This document shows, piece after piece, positions 31,791-42,346 of a DNA stretch of 64,000 nucleotides. The notes under the pieces are model-generated. The model did no database searches. It was not told the origin of the DNA and saw only the letters and a list, made by a program, of their open reading frames with translations. Position 1 is the stretch's first letter. Each line of letters starts with the position of its first letter. The stretch is taken from assembly GCA_965218585.1 (NCBI GenBank), contig CBDCLE010000012.1, forward strand, positions 96,001-160,000, read 5' to 3'. The position numbers and the translations under genes were made by a program. The DNA comes from Terriglobia bacterium. GTDB lineage: Bacteria > Acidobacteriota > Terriglobia > 20CM-2-55-15.

Positions 31791-32770
31791 TTGAAACGCA
31801 GAAGCAAACTGACTCTTCTTGAAATGAACAGGATGAAGCGAGACAGAGATCCAATCTCCTGGATCACGGCATACGACCTGCCTTTGGCCCAGGCTGCTGA
31901 AGAAGCGGGAGTCGACATGATCTTGGTCGGTGACTCCGGTGGCATGGTGCAGCTGGGACACGAGACGACAAATCCCGTGACGATGGAAGAGATGATGGTG
32001 CTGGCCAAAGCAGCGCGGCGCGGGGCTCCGAAGACGTCCATCGTCGGAGACATGCCCCAGGGTTCCTATGAAGTCAGCGGCGAGGAAGCCGTCCGAAACG
32101 CGATGCGTTTCGTTAAGGAGGCGGGCTGCGACGCGGTCAAGCTGGAGGGGGGACGACGCACGGCGTCGCGCGTCAGGGCGATAGCGGAAGCCGACATCTT
32201 ACCGGCATCTTAGTGGTCGGGCATCTGGGACTGACTCCCCAGAGCACAGCCTCGTTCGGAGGCTACCGGGTCCAGGGTAAGACGTTGGAGAGCTTCGAAA
32301 CCATCATGGAAGACTCTCTGGCGATTGAGGAAGCCGGCGCCGCAGCCATCCTTCTTGAAGCGATTCCGGCGGAACCGGCAGGGCAGGTGGCACAAGCGAG
32401 AGAAATACCCATCTTCGGGATCGGGGCCGGAGACAAGGTCGATGGTCAGCTCATCATCATGCACGACCTCCTGGGCTTCTATCAGGCCTTTCGCCCGTTA
32501 TTCGCCAAATGCTACATTCCCCAGGTCGCAGCGCAGTTCGGGGATCACATTTCCAGATACCCGGATGTCCGCCAGATGGGACGCGAGGAACGCAAGGACG
32601 GCCTACTCATGCTGGCACAACTCGCGGTCGAGGAATACGTCTCAGAAGTGCATTCGGGGCTTTTTCCAAGCCCCGAATATTGCTACGAAATCGAGGCTGA
32701 CGATCTCGCGGTTCTCCGTCGTTCAAAGTATTGGAAAAAGGCTGCGACTGAGCGACAGTTGTCCGTGTAA
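31791..32770 (+). pseudogene. panB: 3-methyl-2-oxobutanoate hydroxymethyltransferase, frameshifted
   Basis: TAYD, ILVGDS, GDMP.GSY, VKLEGG, GHLGLTPQ, GIGAG; 11-bp tandem duplication at 32191-32212. Confidence 0.85.
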
Positions 32771-32916
32771 TCCGTCTTCCCGTCCCATAGCATAACTAAA
32801 GCGTAATCCCTCCTACGGGCTAAGGTTTCTGCCTGACTCGAACAACCCCCGATCGGAAATTGTTTTCACCGCGAAGACGCAAAGGAAAACAGGATAGGCT
32901 GTGTAAATTCCTACAG

Positions 32917-34281
32917 GAGGTCATTACAAAAGGTGTGTAAAAGTCATCAGGCGGCGGCCTTCGATTTCATCACGACTCTGATGCCGTCAGCGAATTGCTG
33001 ACCATCATAGACCTCTTGTAAGAGTTCGGATCCTTTTAAGTGTCGCCAAGCCTTCTCAGCGACACGTAGTAGCTTCCAGATCATTGCCGTTGCATTCTCG
33101 ACACGCTTGAATCGGCGAGCGGCGTTGGTGCGGAGGCGAACCATGTCGAAGGGCGACTCGACGATGTTGGTCGTTCTCAGATGCACCCAGTGTTGTTTCG
33201 GGAACTCATAGAAAGTAATCATCCGGTCCCAGTCCCGCAACAGCGTCTCACCCGCTTTGGGATAGTTCTTCTCATATCGGCGGACGAACTGATCCCGCTT
33301 TCGTTCGCAGGCCGCGCGGGAGTTCGCGAAGGCCATCCCATGAAGCAGCTGTCTGGCCGCGGGCTGCTCGGTCTTCGGCAGATGATCGACCACGTTGATC
33401 GACTTGTGGTTCCAGCAGCGTTGTTCCTGGCCCTGGGGCTGTTGCTCGGCCAGCGCGGACCAGATGCCCAGGTGACCGTCCGCGACAGTCAGCCGTCCCA
33501 GCTTCAGGCCCCGTCTCTGGAGATTGCGCAGAATGCGGCTCCAGGACTCCTTGCTTTCCCGCTGCCCGCTCTCACAGGCCAACAGCACTTTGCGCCCGTC
33601 TGACAAGGCTCCGATGATCACCAGCAATGCCGCTCGCTCTTTCGCGATCCCCGCTTTCACGTACAAGCCGTCTGCCCACTGGTACACGACCTCGAGGCCG
33701 GACAGGTCCTGCTGGACCCACTCGTCATACTCCAACTGCCAGGTCGATTTCAGTCGTTGGATCGATGCTCGCGACAACGGAGCGCCAGCGCCAAGCAGTC
33801 CGCGCATGGCCTGCTCGAAGTCCCCTGTGGCCAGACCGTGGAGGTAGAGATCGGGAAATAGCTCGCCCAGCTGTTTCGATTTCCGTCGAAAATACGGCAG
33901 GATCTGACTCTCGAACCGCTCGGCGGTGTTTCGAACCCGAGGTCGTCGAACCTCCATCGTACCGTTCATCATTGCGAAGCGTCGCGGCTTCCCGTGACCG
34001 TTCCGGTATCCTCGTCGATTCGGACTCCGCTCCGACTTTTCCCGACCCAGAAATTGAGTGACTTCGTCCTCGAGCAGCTCCTGTAGCCAGACTTGGACCC
34101 GGGATCGCGCCCAGTCCTCCAAACCTTCATACGCGTTCGTTGACGCCACTGATGCCGGTATGTTCTTCTTCTTCATGGGTGGTGTACCTTTCTCCCGATT
34201 GCTGCCGGGATTGCTTACGGTTTCGAATTCACCGAAAGCGTACACCGCCTTCTCTTTTTACACACCGATTGGAACGACCTC
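32917..34281 (-). mobile_element. IS256-family element, copy 1 (no target duplication)
   Basis: IR ends GAGGTCATT...TGTGTAAAA / TTTTACACACC...GACCTC; transposase 32947-34245 with YRNG, QRCWNHK, LRTTNIVES. Confidence 0.95.
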
Positions 34282-34344
34282 GTCGCAGGATTCGCGGGAA
34301 TCAGTCTGGTCTTCTACCCGTTTTAGATCCTATTAGATCCTAAC

Positions 34345-34478
34345 TGTAGGTGCGGGCTAACTAGCATCGGGCCCACCGTCCTTTGGACGGTCCCCCCATG
34401 CCGGAACGCACAAATCAAACCTGTAGGTGCGCTCTGTGAGCGCACAAATGAGATGTGCGGTCGCAGACCGCACTTACA
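34345..34478. repeat. GTAG-type REP/REPIN-like palindromic cluster
   Basis: TGTAGGTGCG...CGCACAAAT twice in direct orientation plus inverted GTGCGGTCGCAGACCGCACTTACA. Confidence 0.6.
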
Positions 34479-34490
34479 GAAAAAAAGAAC

Positions 34491-35231
34491 ATGGACATAT
34501 TTCAACTCGAAAACACGGTCAAGAAACGCGGAGATCAGTTCGTGCTGGGACCGTTGGACCTTCACCTTGAACCGGGAGAAATCCTCGGCATCATGGGTCC
34601 AAACGGAGCGGGCAAGACGACTCTGTTGCGACTGCTCTGGGGTTTTCTGCGCCCGGATGCGGGTCGCGTATCGGTGTTCGGCAGAACACCCCACCTCGAA
34701 CAGGTCTGGATCCGACTCCGCGCCGGATATCTTCCCGAATCTCTGCGCTTCTACGACTGGATGAGTGTGGAACGGTTTCTCTCATTCATTGCGGGCTTCT
34801 ATCCGTCATGGGACTGGGGGCGCGCGTTCGAACTCCTCGATCAGTTCGGTCTCAAGACAACGCAGACGATCGGAACACTCTCTAAAGGAAACCGCGTGAG
34901 ACTCGGCCTGGTTGCAGCAGTTTCCCATCGTCCCCAACTGCTGATTCTTGACGAACCCACGGCTGGACTGGATCCTCTGGTCCGCGTCGACATCCTGGAC
35001 TTCCTCAAACGTTCCGCTCTTGGGGATCGGACCGGAATTGTCATGTCCTCCCACGTTTCGGACGATCTGGACCGGATCGCAGATTCCGTTCTGATGTTGA
35101 ACGAAGGGAAAGTCGTGGAATACGCGCCGACCAAGGTCCTGCTCGATCGATCCAACGAGGTTCAACTGGAGGCTGTGTTTTTAAATGCATTGGGTCGGAT
35201 TCCCACGCCTGGCGTTCCACATCGCGCGTAA
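34491..35231 (+). CDS. ABC transporter ATP-binding protein
   Basis: GPNGAGKTT, LSKG, LILDEPT, SSH. Confidence 0.9.
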   Translation: MDIFQLENTVKKRGDQFVLGPLDLHLEPGEILGIMGPNGAGKTTLLRLLWGFLRPDAGRVSVFGRTPHLEQVWIRLRAGYLPESLRFYDWMSVERFLSFIAGFYPSWDWGRAFELLDQFGLKTTQTIGTLSKGNRVRLGLVAAVSHRPQLLILDEPTAGLDPLVRVDILDFLKRSALGDRTGIVMSSHVSDDLDRIADSVLMLNEGKVVEYAPTKVLLDRSNEVQLEAVFLNALGRIPTPGVPHRA

Positions 35232-35821
35232 GGACTGGGCCGAAGCACAGCGAGTCATCCTTGGCCTGACCCTGGGCCTCATGGTTCCAGCCTTGCTGGT
35301 CCGTTTTGCTCCAGGCCGATCCGACGATTTCGCCAAAGGTCTGCTTGCGGGCCTACTTGCGGGAGCAGGGTTTGGATACGCTCAGTTCTGCTTCATCAAC
35401 GAACGGCAGCGCCAAACGCTGGATCTCCTGTTAAGCCTTCCTGTGGAGCCACGAAAGCTGGTCCTCGCCAAATACGTCCCTTTACTCCATGGTCCTGTTC
35501 ACGGTGAACGTCCCTGGCCTATTCGTTCCGGACCCACGATTGATCTACGTCACTAATGCCGCTGCACTCTCATTGGCCACCCTCTTCATGGCCACGACGG
35601 TGATCTCAGACAAACCCTGGGCCTCACAGATCCCCATCTGGTTCCTCTTCGTCTTCATCCTCCCCATCCAGCGCATACTTGAACGCTACTACCCGGATGG
35701 CCTCGGCCTGCTGGAAACCCTTACGGCGAATCCCATCTTGATCGCCACGCTCCCCCTTCTCCTCTCACCTGTCCTGGTGATCATTTCCGTATGCTTTTTC
35801 AACACGAAGACACGAAGTTAA
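35185..35821 (+). pseudogene. ABC-2 type permease, frameshifted
   Basis: NERQRQTLDLLLSLPV..LVLAKY then frame change near 35480. Confidence 0.7.
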
Positions 35822-36201
35822 CGAAGGAAATCATCGGGTGTGCTATTGACGTCCTTCGCGAGTTAGGGCCCGGACTGTTAGAGTCGGTTTACGAAGAATG
35901 TCTGTCTATCGAATTGCAGAAAAAGGGGATTCGAGTCGCACGTCAGCTCCATCTTTCCGTTATCTATAAGGGACGGCCCGTCGCTTCAAGTCTTCGGCTG
36001 GACTTGATCGCAGGAGTCAAGGTGATCGTCGAGATCAAGTCTGTGGAGCACTTACTCGCGGTTCATCGTGCGCAGCTTCTCAGCTATCTACGCTTGGCAA
36101 ACTTTCCCAGTGGATTGCTCATCAACTTCAACGTTCCTCTCCTCAAGGACGGCATCAAACGCGTCCTCAACCTGAACACATTATCAAGTGATTCCGACTA
36201 G
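35791..36201 (+). CDS. GxxExxY protein (PD-(D/E)XK-like)
   Basis: LGPGLLESVYE, RLDLI..KVIVEIKSV, AQLLSYL, GLLINFN. Confidence 0.93.
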   Translation: MLFQHEDTKLTKEIIGCAIDVLRELGPGLLESVYEECLSIELQKKGIRVARQLHLSVIYKGRPVASSLRLDLIAGVKVIVEIKSVEHLLAVHRAQLLSYLRLANFPSGLLINFNVPLLKDGIKRVLNLNTLSSDSD

Positions 36202-36381
36202 ATCATCTTCCCTTCTTCGTGATCTTCGTGCCCTGGTGTGGGAGTTCTGAACGTACAGGCCGGTAGTAATGCACAGGTGAGGTCAAGACGTAGAGGGTAC
36301 TTGTGACACGAAGAAAACGAAGCACCACGAAGAATGAACGCCCTAAACACTTCGTGCCAAGGAATCCTTCACAAACACCCT

Positions 36382-36903
36382 CTACAGCAACTTCGAAAGG
36401 ATTTCTTCGGGTATACGTTCACGCAGTTCGGGGGAGGCTTCCAGCAGGCGGGAAATATCTGCCAAGTCTTTCTGTCGCTTACTGGCTCGCCGGGAGGAGT
36501 CCAACACGGCCCATACCTTTCCCTGTAGCACATCTTCGACGCGAGCGACGCGAAGAGTCATTCCAAGAACATCATGTTCAGCAGAATGGGGAAGGAAAGC
36601 GAAATAGCGCGGATCAGTCTGAATCTGAACCCGGATACTGGATTCGGAGGCGGACACGTTTATGCTGTGTTCAAATCGCTCTACGTGGAAACGTTCGGCG
36701 AGCTCACTTGTTAAAGAGTCTATGCTGTCGGCGGCAATGACAACATCAAGATCCAAGCTGACTACCGGCTCTACGTAAGCGTTTACCCCCTGGCCGCCAA
36801 TCACACAGTAACTCGCGCCGCTGGCTTCGAGCAAGGCCACGAAACGTTCTAGAAAATCCTCTCGATCCACAGTCACCGCCTTCCAGAACTCCAATTGTTT
36901 CAT
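36382..36903 (-). CDS. Nucleotidyltransferase-fold protein (AbiEii/DUF6036-like)
   Basis: VIGGQGV...SLDLDVV and KRQKDLADI motifs; likely start MKQLEFW at 36903. Confidence 0.7.
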   Translation of the reverse strand: MKQLEFWKAVTVDREDFLERFVALLEASGASYCVIGGQGVNAYVEPVVSLDLDVVIAADSIDSLTSELAERFHVERFEHSINVSASESSIRVQIQTDPRYFAFLPHSAEHDVLGMTLRVARVEDVLQGKVWAVLDSSRRASKRQKDLADISRLLEASPELRERIPEEILSKLL

Positions 36904-36956
36904 GCGACTTCTCCGCCAACCTCTTATTAATTCATAGGCGAAAAGTATGACACACA

Positions 36957-38321
36957 GAGGTCGTTCCAATCGGTGTGTAAAAAGAGAAGGCGGTGTACGC
37001 TTTCGGTGAATCCGAAACCCTAAGCAATCCCGGCAGCAATCGGGAGAAAGGTACACCACCCATGAAGAAGAAGAACATACCGGCATCAGTGGCGTCAACG
37101 AACGCGTATGAAGGTTTGGAGGACTGGGCGCGATCCCGGGTCCAAGTCTGGCTACAGGAGCTGCTCGAGGACGAAGTCACTCAATTTCTGGGTCGGGAAA
37201 AGTCGGAGCGGAGTCCGAATCGACGAGGATACCGGAACGGTCACGGGAAGCCGCGACGCTTCGCAATGATGAACGGTACGATGGAGGTTCGACGACCTCG
37301 GGTTCGAAACACCGCCGAGCGGTTCGAGAGTCAGATCCTGCCGTATTTTCGACGGAAATCGAAACAGCTGGGCGAGCTACTTCCCGATCTCTACCTCCAC
37401 GGTCTGGCCACAGGGGACTTCGAGCAGGCCATGCGCGGACTGCTTGGCGCTGGCGCTCCGTTGTCGCGAGCATCGATCCAACGACTGAAATCGACCTGGC
37501 AGTTGGAGTATGACGAGTGGGTCCAGCAGGACCTGTCCGGCCTCGAGGTCGTGTACCAGTGGGCAGACGGCTTGTACGTGAAAGCGGGGATCGCGAAAGA
37601 GCGAGCGGCATTGCTGGTGATCATCGGAGCCTTGTCAGACGGGCGCAAAGTGGTGTTGGCCTGTGAGAGCGGGCAGCGGGAAAGCAAGGAGTCCTGGAGC
37701 CGCATTCTGCGCAATCTCCAGAGACGGGGCCTGAAGCTGGGACGGCTGACTGTCGCGGACGGTCACCTGGGCATCTGGTCCGCGCTGGCCGAGCAACAGC
37801 CCCAGGGCCAGGAACAACGCTGCTGGAACCACAAGTCGATCAACGTGGTCGATCATCTGCCGAAGACCGAGCAGCCCGCGGCCAGACAGCTGCTTCATGG
37901 GATGGCCTTCGCGAACTCCCGCGCGGCCTGCGAACGAAAGCGGGATCAGTTCGTCCGCCGATATGAGAAGAACTATCCCAAAGCGGGTGAGACGCTGTTG
38001 CGGGACTGGGACCGGATGATTACTTTCTATGAGTTCCCGAAACAACACTGGGTGCATCTGAGAACAACCAACATCGTCGAATCGCCCTTCGACATGGTTC
38101 GCCTCCGCACCAACGCCGCTCGCCGATTCAAGCGTGTCGAGAATGCAACGGCAATAATCTGGAAGCTACTACGTGTCGCTGAGAAGGCTTGGCGACACTT
38201 AAAAGGATCCGAACTCTTACAAGAGGTCTATGATGGTCAGCAATTCGCTGACGGCATCAGAGTCGTGATGAAATCGAAGGCCGCCGCCTGATGACTTTTA
38301 CACACCTTTTGTAATGACCTC
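36957..38321 (+). mobile_element. IS256-family element, copy 2
   Basis: Transposase 36993-38291; 8-bp target duplication GACACACA. Confidence 0.97.
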
Positions 38322-38681
38322 GACACACAGCAGTAACTACCCTTAGCAACAAAAGTTCCATTCTTCCTTAGCACCTCGGTCTCTATGCTTCATGTCCATC
38401 TTGTTCGTGCCTTCGTGTTGAAGCTCTCAAAGTCTGGATCGTCGGGAATGAACACTCGAGCTCCGAAACACAGGGGATCTCTTGCGCGAAGTTCCCTGAT
38501 GAACGAAACTCCACGAAGATTGGGTACCTAAGAGGCTTCGTGTCTTCGTGTTGAAGTTCTCATTCTCCCGTTTGTCTCACCTTATCCATACAAACAAATC
38601 GCTGGATAAACGTACTTCTTCGAGCCTCATTCATAGGTTCAGTCACTTAACGATGGAACCAAGACTGCGTTCAACCCGACC

Positions 38682-39193
38682 ATGGGTTACCCGATCGTCC
38701 ATCAGCACGACGCCAATGACTGCGGGCCGGCATGTCTTGCCATGGTGGCCGCCCATTACGGGAAGCGGCAATCTATCGCTCGATTAAGAGAGCACGCGGG
38801 ATCCTGAGCGTTTCCATCGCGGACAACATCCGTCTCGGGCGCGCAGACGCCTCTGCGATGGAAGTCCGACGGGCGGCTGAACTCGCAGGAGCCGCAGAAT
38901 TCATCGAACAGTTGCCGCTCGGGTACAACTCGCTCGTCGGTGAGCGGGGGACGACACTATCCGGGGGTGAACGCCAGCGGCTGCTCCTGGCACGTGCGAT
39001 TCTGGTCGACCCTCCGATTCTGATTCTGGACGAACCCACGAATCATCTCGACGCGGCCTCGACCGAAGCCGTCCGTAACCTCATCGACCAACGAAAACAC
39101 GAGAACCAAACGACGATAATTATTTCCCACGACGAGCTCCCCGCCCAAAGGACCGTTCCTATAGGGACCCTCCCCTATGCCGTCGCGAATTGA
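38682..39193 (+). pseudogene. Peptidase C39-containing ABC transporter (PCAT) with large internal deletion
   Basis: MGYPIVHQHDANDCGPACLAMVAAHYG fused out of frame near 38801 to SIADNIRLG...LSGGERQR...LILDEPT. Confidence 0.8.
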
Positions 39194-40349
39194 GTTGAAC
39201 CTTGGCCGAAGCCCCCGGCTCCTGGGTACAACGGTGTATGTCCTGGCGATTCTTCTTGGTGTTGCCATCACCTGGGGTTATTTCACCGAAGTAGACGTCG
39301 TCGTCCGCGCGCCCGGCATCGTCCGGCCTGATGGAGAGGTCGTTCGAATCACTTCGGAAATCGGTGGAACCGTCGAGGCTGTCCACGTCGAGGGAGGCGA
39401 GGTCGTACACACGGGCGATGTCCTCGTCCGATTGGACGACACGTCGGTCCAGTTGGAACGGAACACCGTCGAGCAACAGATGGCGCTGCTCGCCGAACAG
39501 ATGGCCGACATTGACCGTAAGATCCGCGATGCAGGCGAAATTCATCATTTAGAAGACACGCGACTGGCAACAGAGATCGCCGCGGCCCGAGAGGATCTCG
39601 TCCAACGGAGACAGGAACATGCGTCTCAGGTGGCCTCAGCCTCGCTCCGCCTTGCGCAGGCCAAAGACGAATACTCGATACATCGGCAACTCTTTGAAGA
39701 GGGGCTCATCTTGCGTCAGGATGCAGATCGCTCGACCACCGAGTTCCGGCTCGCCGAGGCCCAATTGGAAGAAATAGCCCACCGGCAGGCTTCAAGCGCC
39801 AGTCTCGATTCACTCCTTGAAACCCGGAATGTCGTTAGTGCCGAGTTCGCATCCCTCGAACGGGATCTCAGGTCCGAAGTGATGCCGATTGAAGCCCGAT
39901 TGACCGAACTGCGTTCGCGACTCGAGCAAACCGACCTGGAAACCCAACGCCTCACGATCCGCACGCCTGTGAAGGGGCAGATCACGCTCCTGCCGACCGT
40001 TCACACTGGAGAACGCGTTGAAGCCGGCAGTCTCGTTGCTGCAGTGGCCCCAATTCCCGTCCGGCTCATAGTCGAGGCCCTGGTCAGCAACGCCAAGGCT
40101 CAGGACGTCGAACAGGGTCAAGCTGTCCGGCTCCGCTTTGACGAGGGCGAAACAATCGACGGCATCGTCTTCTCCGTCAGCCCCGACGCCCGATTCAACG
40201 ATTCGTCCGCTCCTACATACCATGTCCTCATCGCTCCCGACACAGTCGACCTCCGACTGGGTCTCGCAGTGGATGTCCGGCTGATCACACGCCAAGAGCG
40301 CGTCCTCACTCTTCTCTTCGACCGGATCAAGCAGCCGTTTCGGGAGTGA
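39177..40349 (+). CDS. HlyD-family secretion adaptor
   Basis: TM anchor, GGTVEAVHV..G..V..GDVL, coiled coil, IRTPVKG. Confidence 0.88.
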   Translation: MPSRIELNLGRSPRLLGTTVYVLAILLGVAITWGYFTEVDVVVRAPGIVRPDGEVVRITSEIGGTVEAVHVEGGEVVHTGDVLVRLDDTSVQLERNTVEQQMALLAEQMADIDRKIRDAGEIHHLEDTRLATEIAAAREDLVQRRQEHASQVASASLRLAQAKDEYSIHRQLFEEGLILRQDADRSTTEFRLAEAQLEEIAHRQASSASLDSLLETRNVVSAEFASLERDLRSEVMPIEARLTELRSRLEQTDLETQRLTIRTPVKGQITLLPTVHTGERVEAGSLVAAVAPIPVRLIVEALVSNAKAQDVEQGQAVRLRFDEGETIDGIVFSVSPDARFNDSSAPTYHVLIAPDTVDLRLGLAVDVRLITRQERVLTLLFDRIKQPFRE

Positions 40350-40413
40350 GCAAGTATGGAACGCGTCGAAAGCGCCTCCCATGAGATCCGAAGACCGAGC
40401 GTATAATGACCCC

Positions 40414-41076
40414 ATGCGAACCCATACCGATATCCGGCGGGCTCTGGACCATCTACCCGAAGCGGCATTGCTTGTGGTCGAAGGGGTTGCCTGGGCAGAG
40501 TACGAGGAGTTCCTTAGAGATCTGGGGGATCGCTCCGGCCTGCGCGTCACCTACGATCGAGGACGACTCGAGATCGTGACGACGTCGGCCGGGCACGAAG
40601 CCCGAAAGGAATTGATTCTTCGGCTCGTCCACGTGCTGTCGGAAGAAATGGGAATCGAACTGGAATCCAGGGGTGGCATGACTCAAAAAAGAGAGCAGGA
40701 GGGCAAGGGTACGGAGCCAGACACGTGTTTTTACGTCACCGACGTTGAACGAATCATCGCGAAGGACGAGATCGATCTCAAAGTCGACCCACCTCCTGAC
40801 ATCGTCGTGGAAATCGACAAGGCGAATCAATCTCATTCTAAGTTCCCGATCTACGCTGCCTTTCGAGTGCCCGAAATCTGGCGCTACGACGAGGGGGGAC
40901 AGCGGGCCGAGATGTTCGCCCTCCAGGCGGATGTATATGTCCGCATTGAGGCAAGCTGTTTCTTTCCGATACTGACTTCTGAGGTATTGACCCGGTTTGT
41001 CGAGCAAAGCCAGACCCAGGGACAGTCGGTGACCCTGTCCACGTTCCGGGAATGGGTCCGGACAGGACGAGGTTAA
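40414..41076 (+). CDS. Uma2 (DUF820) family endonuclease-like protein
   Basis: RVTYDRGRLEI, EPDTCFY, PPDIVVEID, IYAA..VPEIWRYD. Confidence 0.9.
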   Translation: MRTHTDIRRALDHLPEAALLVVEGVAWAEYEEFLRDLGDRSGLRVTYDRGRLEIVTTSAGHEARKELILRLVHVLSEEMGIELESRGGMTQKREQEGKGTEPDTCFYVTDVERIIAKDEIDLKVDPPPDIVVEIDKANQSHSKFPIYAAFRVPEIWRYDEGGQRAEMFALQADVYVRIEASCFFPILTSEVLTRFVEQSQTQGQSVTLSTFREWVRTGRG

Positions 41077-41348
41077 CCCCGAGCGATGACGAACGGGAAC
41101 TGGTCCTGGAACACGATCTGGCGATTTCAGACATCGTTTTCTGGGAACTCGCGAAACTTATACAACTCGATCGACTGCGTCTGGATCTATCGAGCGACCC
41201 ATTCCAACGACGGCGCCGACATCTGACAGTTTTCCCCATCAGCCCGGAAATCGCTCGAACCAGTACCTGTTTGGACTTCTCGGCGGACCTCGCCGACGAA
41301 ATCATTGCTGCTACGAGCGTGGTCCATACCGTGGCTGACCAGAGATAG
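41075..41348 (+). pseudogene. PIN-domain (VapC) toxin fragment
   Basis: AISDIVFWELAKL, D(L)ADEIIAATSVVH; no start and truncated end. Confidence 0.7.
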
Positions 41349-41468
41349 AAGAATCCTGCAGTCGCACCTGGCCCCGCTCGCGTGACATTGATTTCACAGA
41401 ATGCGCTTTCCCATCGGCACCATACATGCGACTTTAGTAGTCATATTGAATAGACCGTTATAGCCATA

Positions 41469-41762
41469 ATGATAAACACGTCAATATCCAGACTGAAGTC
41501 AATGCTGAGTGAATACCTGGCCAAGGTCAAAGCCGGCGACGAGGTGGTGGTCACTGAGCGGGGTCGACCGATCGCCAAGATCGTACCGATTCGCCAGGAC
41601 AATTCTACGATCTCACCCCACCTTGAGCATCTCGCTCGCTCCGGCCAGATCCAACTCGGATCTGGAAAACTTTCCAAGGAATTCTGGAAACTGACCCGAC
41701 CCGATGACAAGACCGGGGCTGGACTGAAATCCCTGCTCGATGACCGAGCCGTAGGACGGTGA
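41469..41762 (+). CDS. Phd/YefM-family antitoxin
   Basis: LKSMLSEYLAKVKAGDEVVVTERGRPIAKIVP. Confidence 0.9.
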   Translation: MINTSISRLKSMLSEYLAKVKAGDEVVVTERGRPIAKIVPIRQDNSTISPHLEHLARSGQIQLGSGKLSKEFWKLTRPDDKTGAGLKSLLDDRAVGR

Positions 41763-42244
41763 AATTCTGGGATGCATCGTCTATCGTGCCACTCTGCCTA
41801 GAAGAACCCAACGGCCACGATTGGAGGGCTGCTTCCGACATGACGAAGCCATGATCGTATGGTGGGGCAGCCGGATCGAATGCCACTCCTCGTTTGCCCA
41901 TCTTCGTCGCGAAAACCTCCTCTCGAGGATCGAGGAAACTCAGGCTCGAGAAGTCCTGATACAACTCGAAGACGTCTGGACCGAAGTCTTACCTGGTAAT
42001 GAAGTTCGCGAAAAAAGCAAGCCGAGCACTTTCGATCCATCCCCTGAGGGCGGCCGATTCCCTCCAACTCGCCGCTGCACTGATCTGGGCTGACAAAAAT
42101 CCAACCGGTTTTGAGTTTGTCTGCCTCGACGACCGCCTTCGCGACGCGGCAGACCATGAAGGTTTTTCAGTCCTACCCCTTCCCAACCAAGATTCGTACA
42201 AGAGCCGAAAATCTCATGCACACCCAGATCGGTGCTCAAATTAG
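41759..42244 (+). pseudogene. VapC PIN toxin, frameshifted
   Basis: VKFWDASSIVPL start overlaps antitoxin stop; LRAADSLQLAAAL and FVCLDDRL lie in other frames. Confidence 0.8.
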
Positions 42245-42346
42245 AGAGAAGACTAATCAGAACAAGATTCCCCCGCCAGCCTGCGCATTCCGCTGAACGT
42301 GATCACTGGTTCCGGTATCCTACCTAACAACCTCGAAGTTCACGCC

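Larger units (their letters stand above)
35798..38555. mobile_element. Putative GxxExxY-carrying inverted-repeat cassette element
   Basis: Left arm TTCAACACGAAGACACGAAGTTAACGAAGG; right arms CTTCGTGTTGAA ending at 38422 and 38555; internal arms at 36207-36358. Confidence 0.5.

Noticed and set aside
36904-37098. N-terminal extension of ORF 36382-37098
   Set aside because: It derives from the IS256 end; the same peptide appears at the other IS copies.
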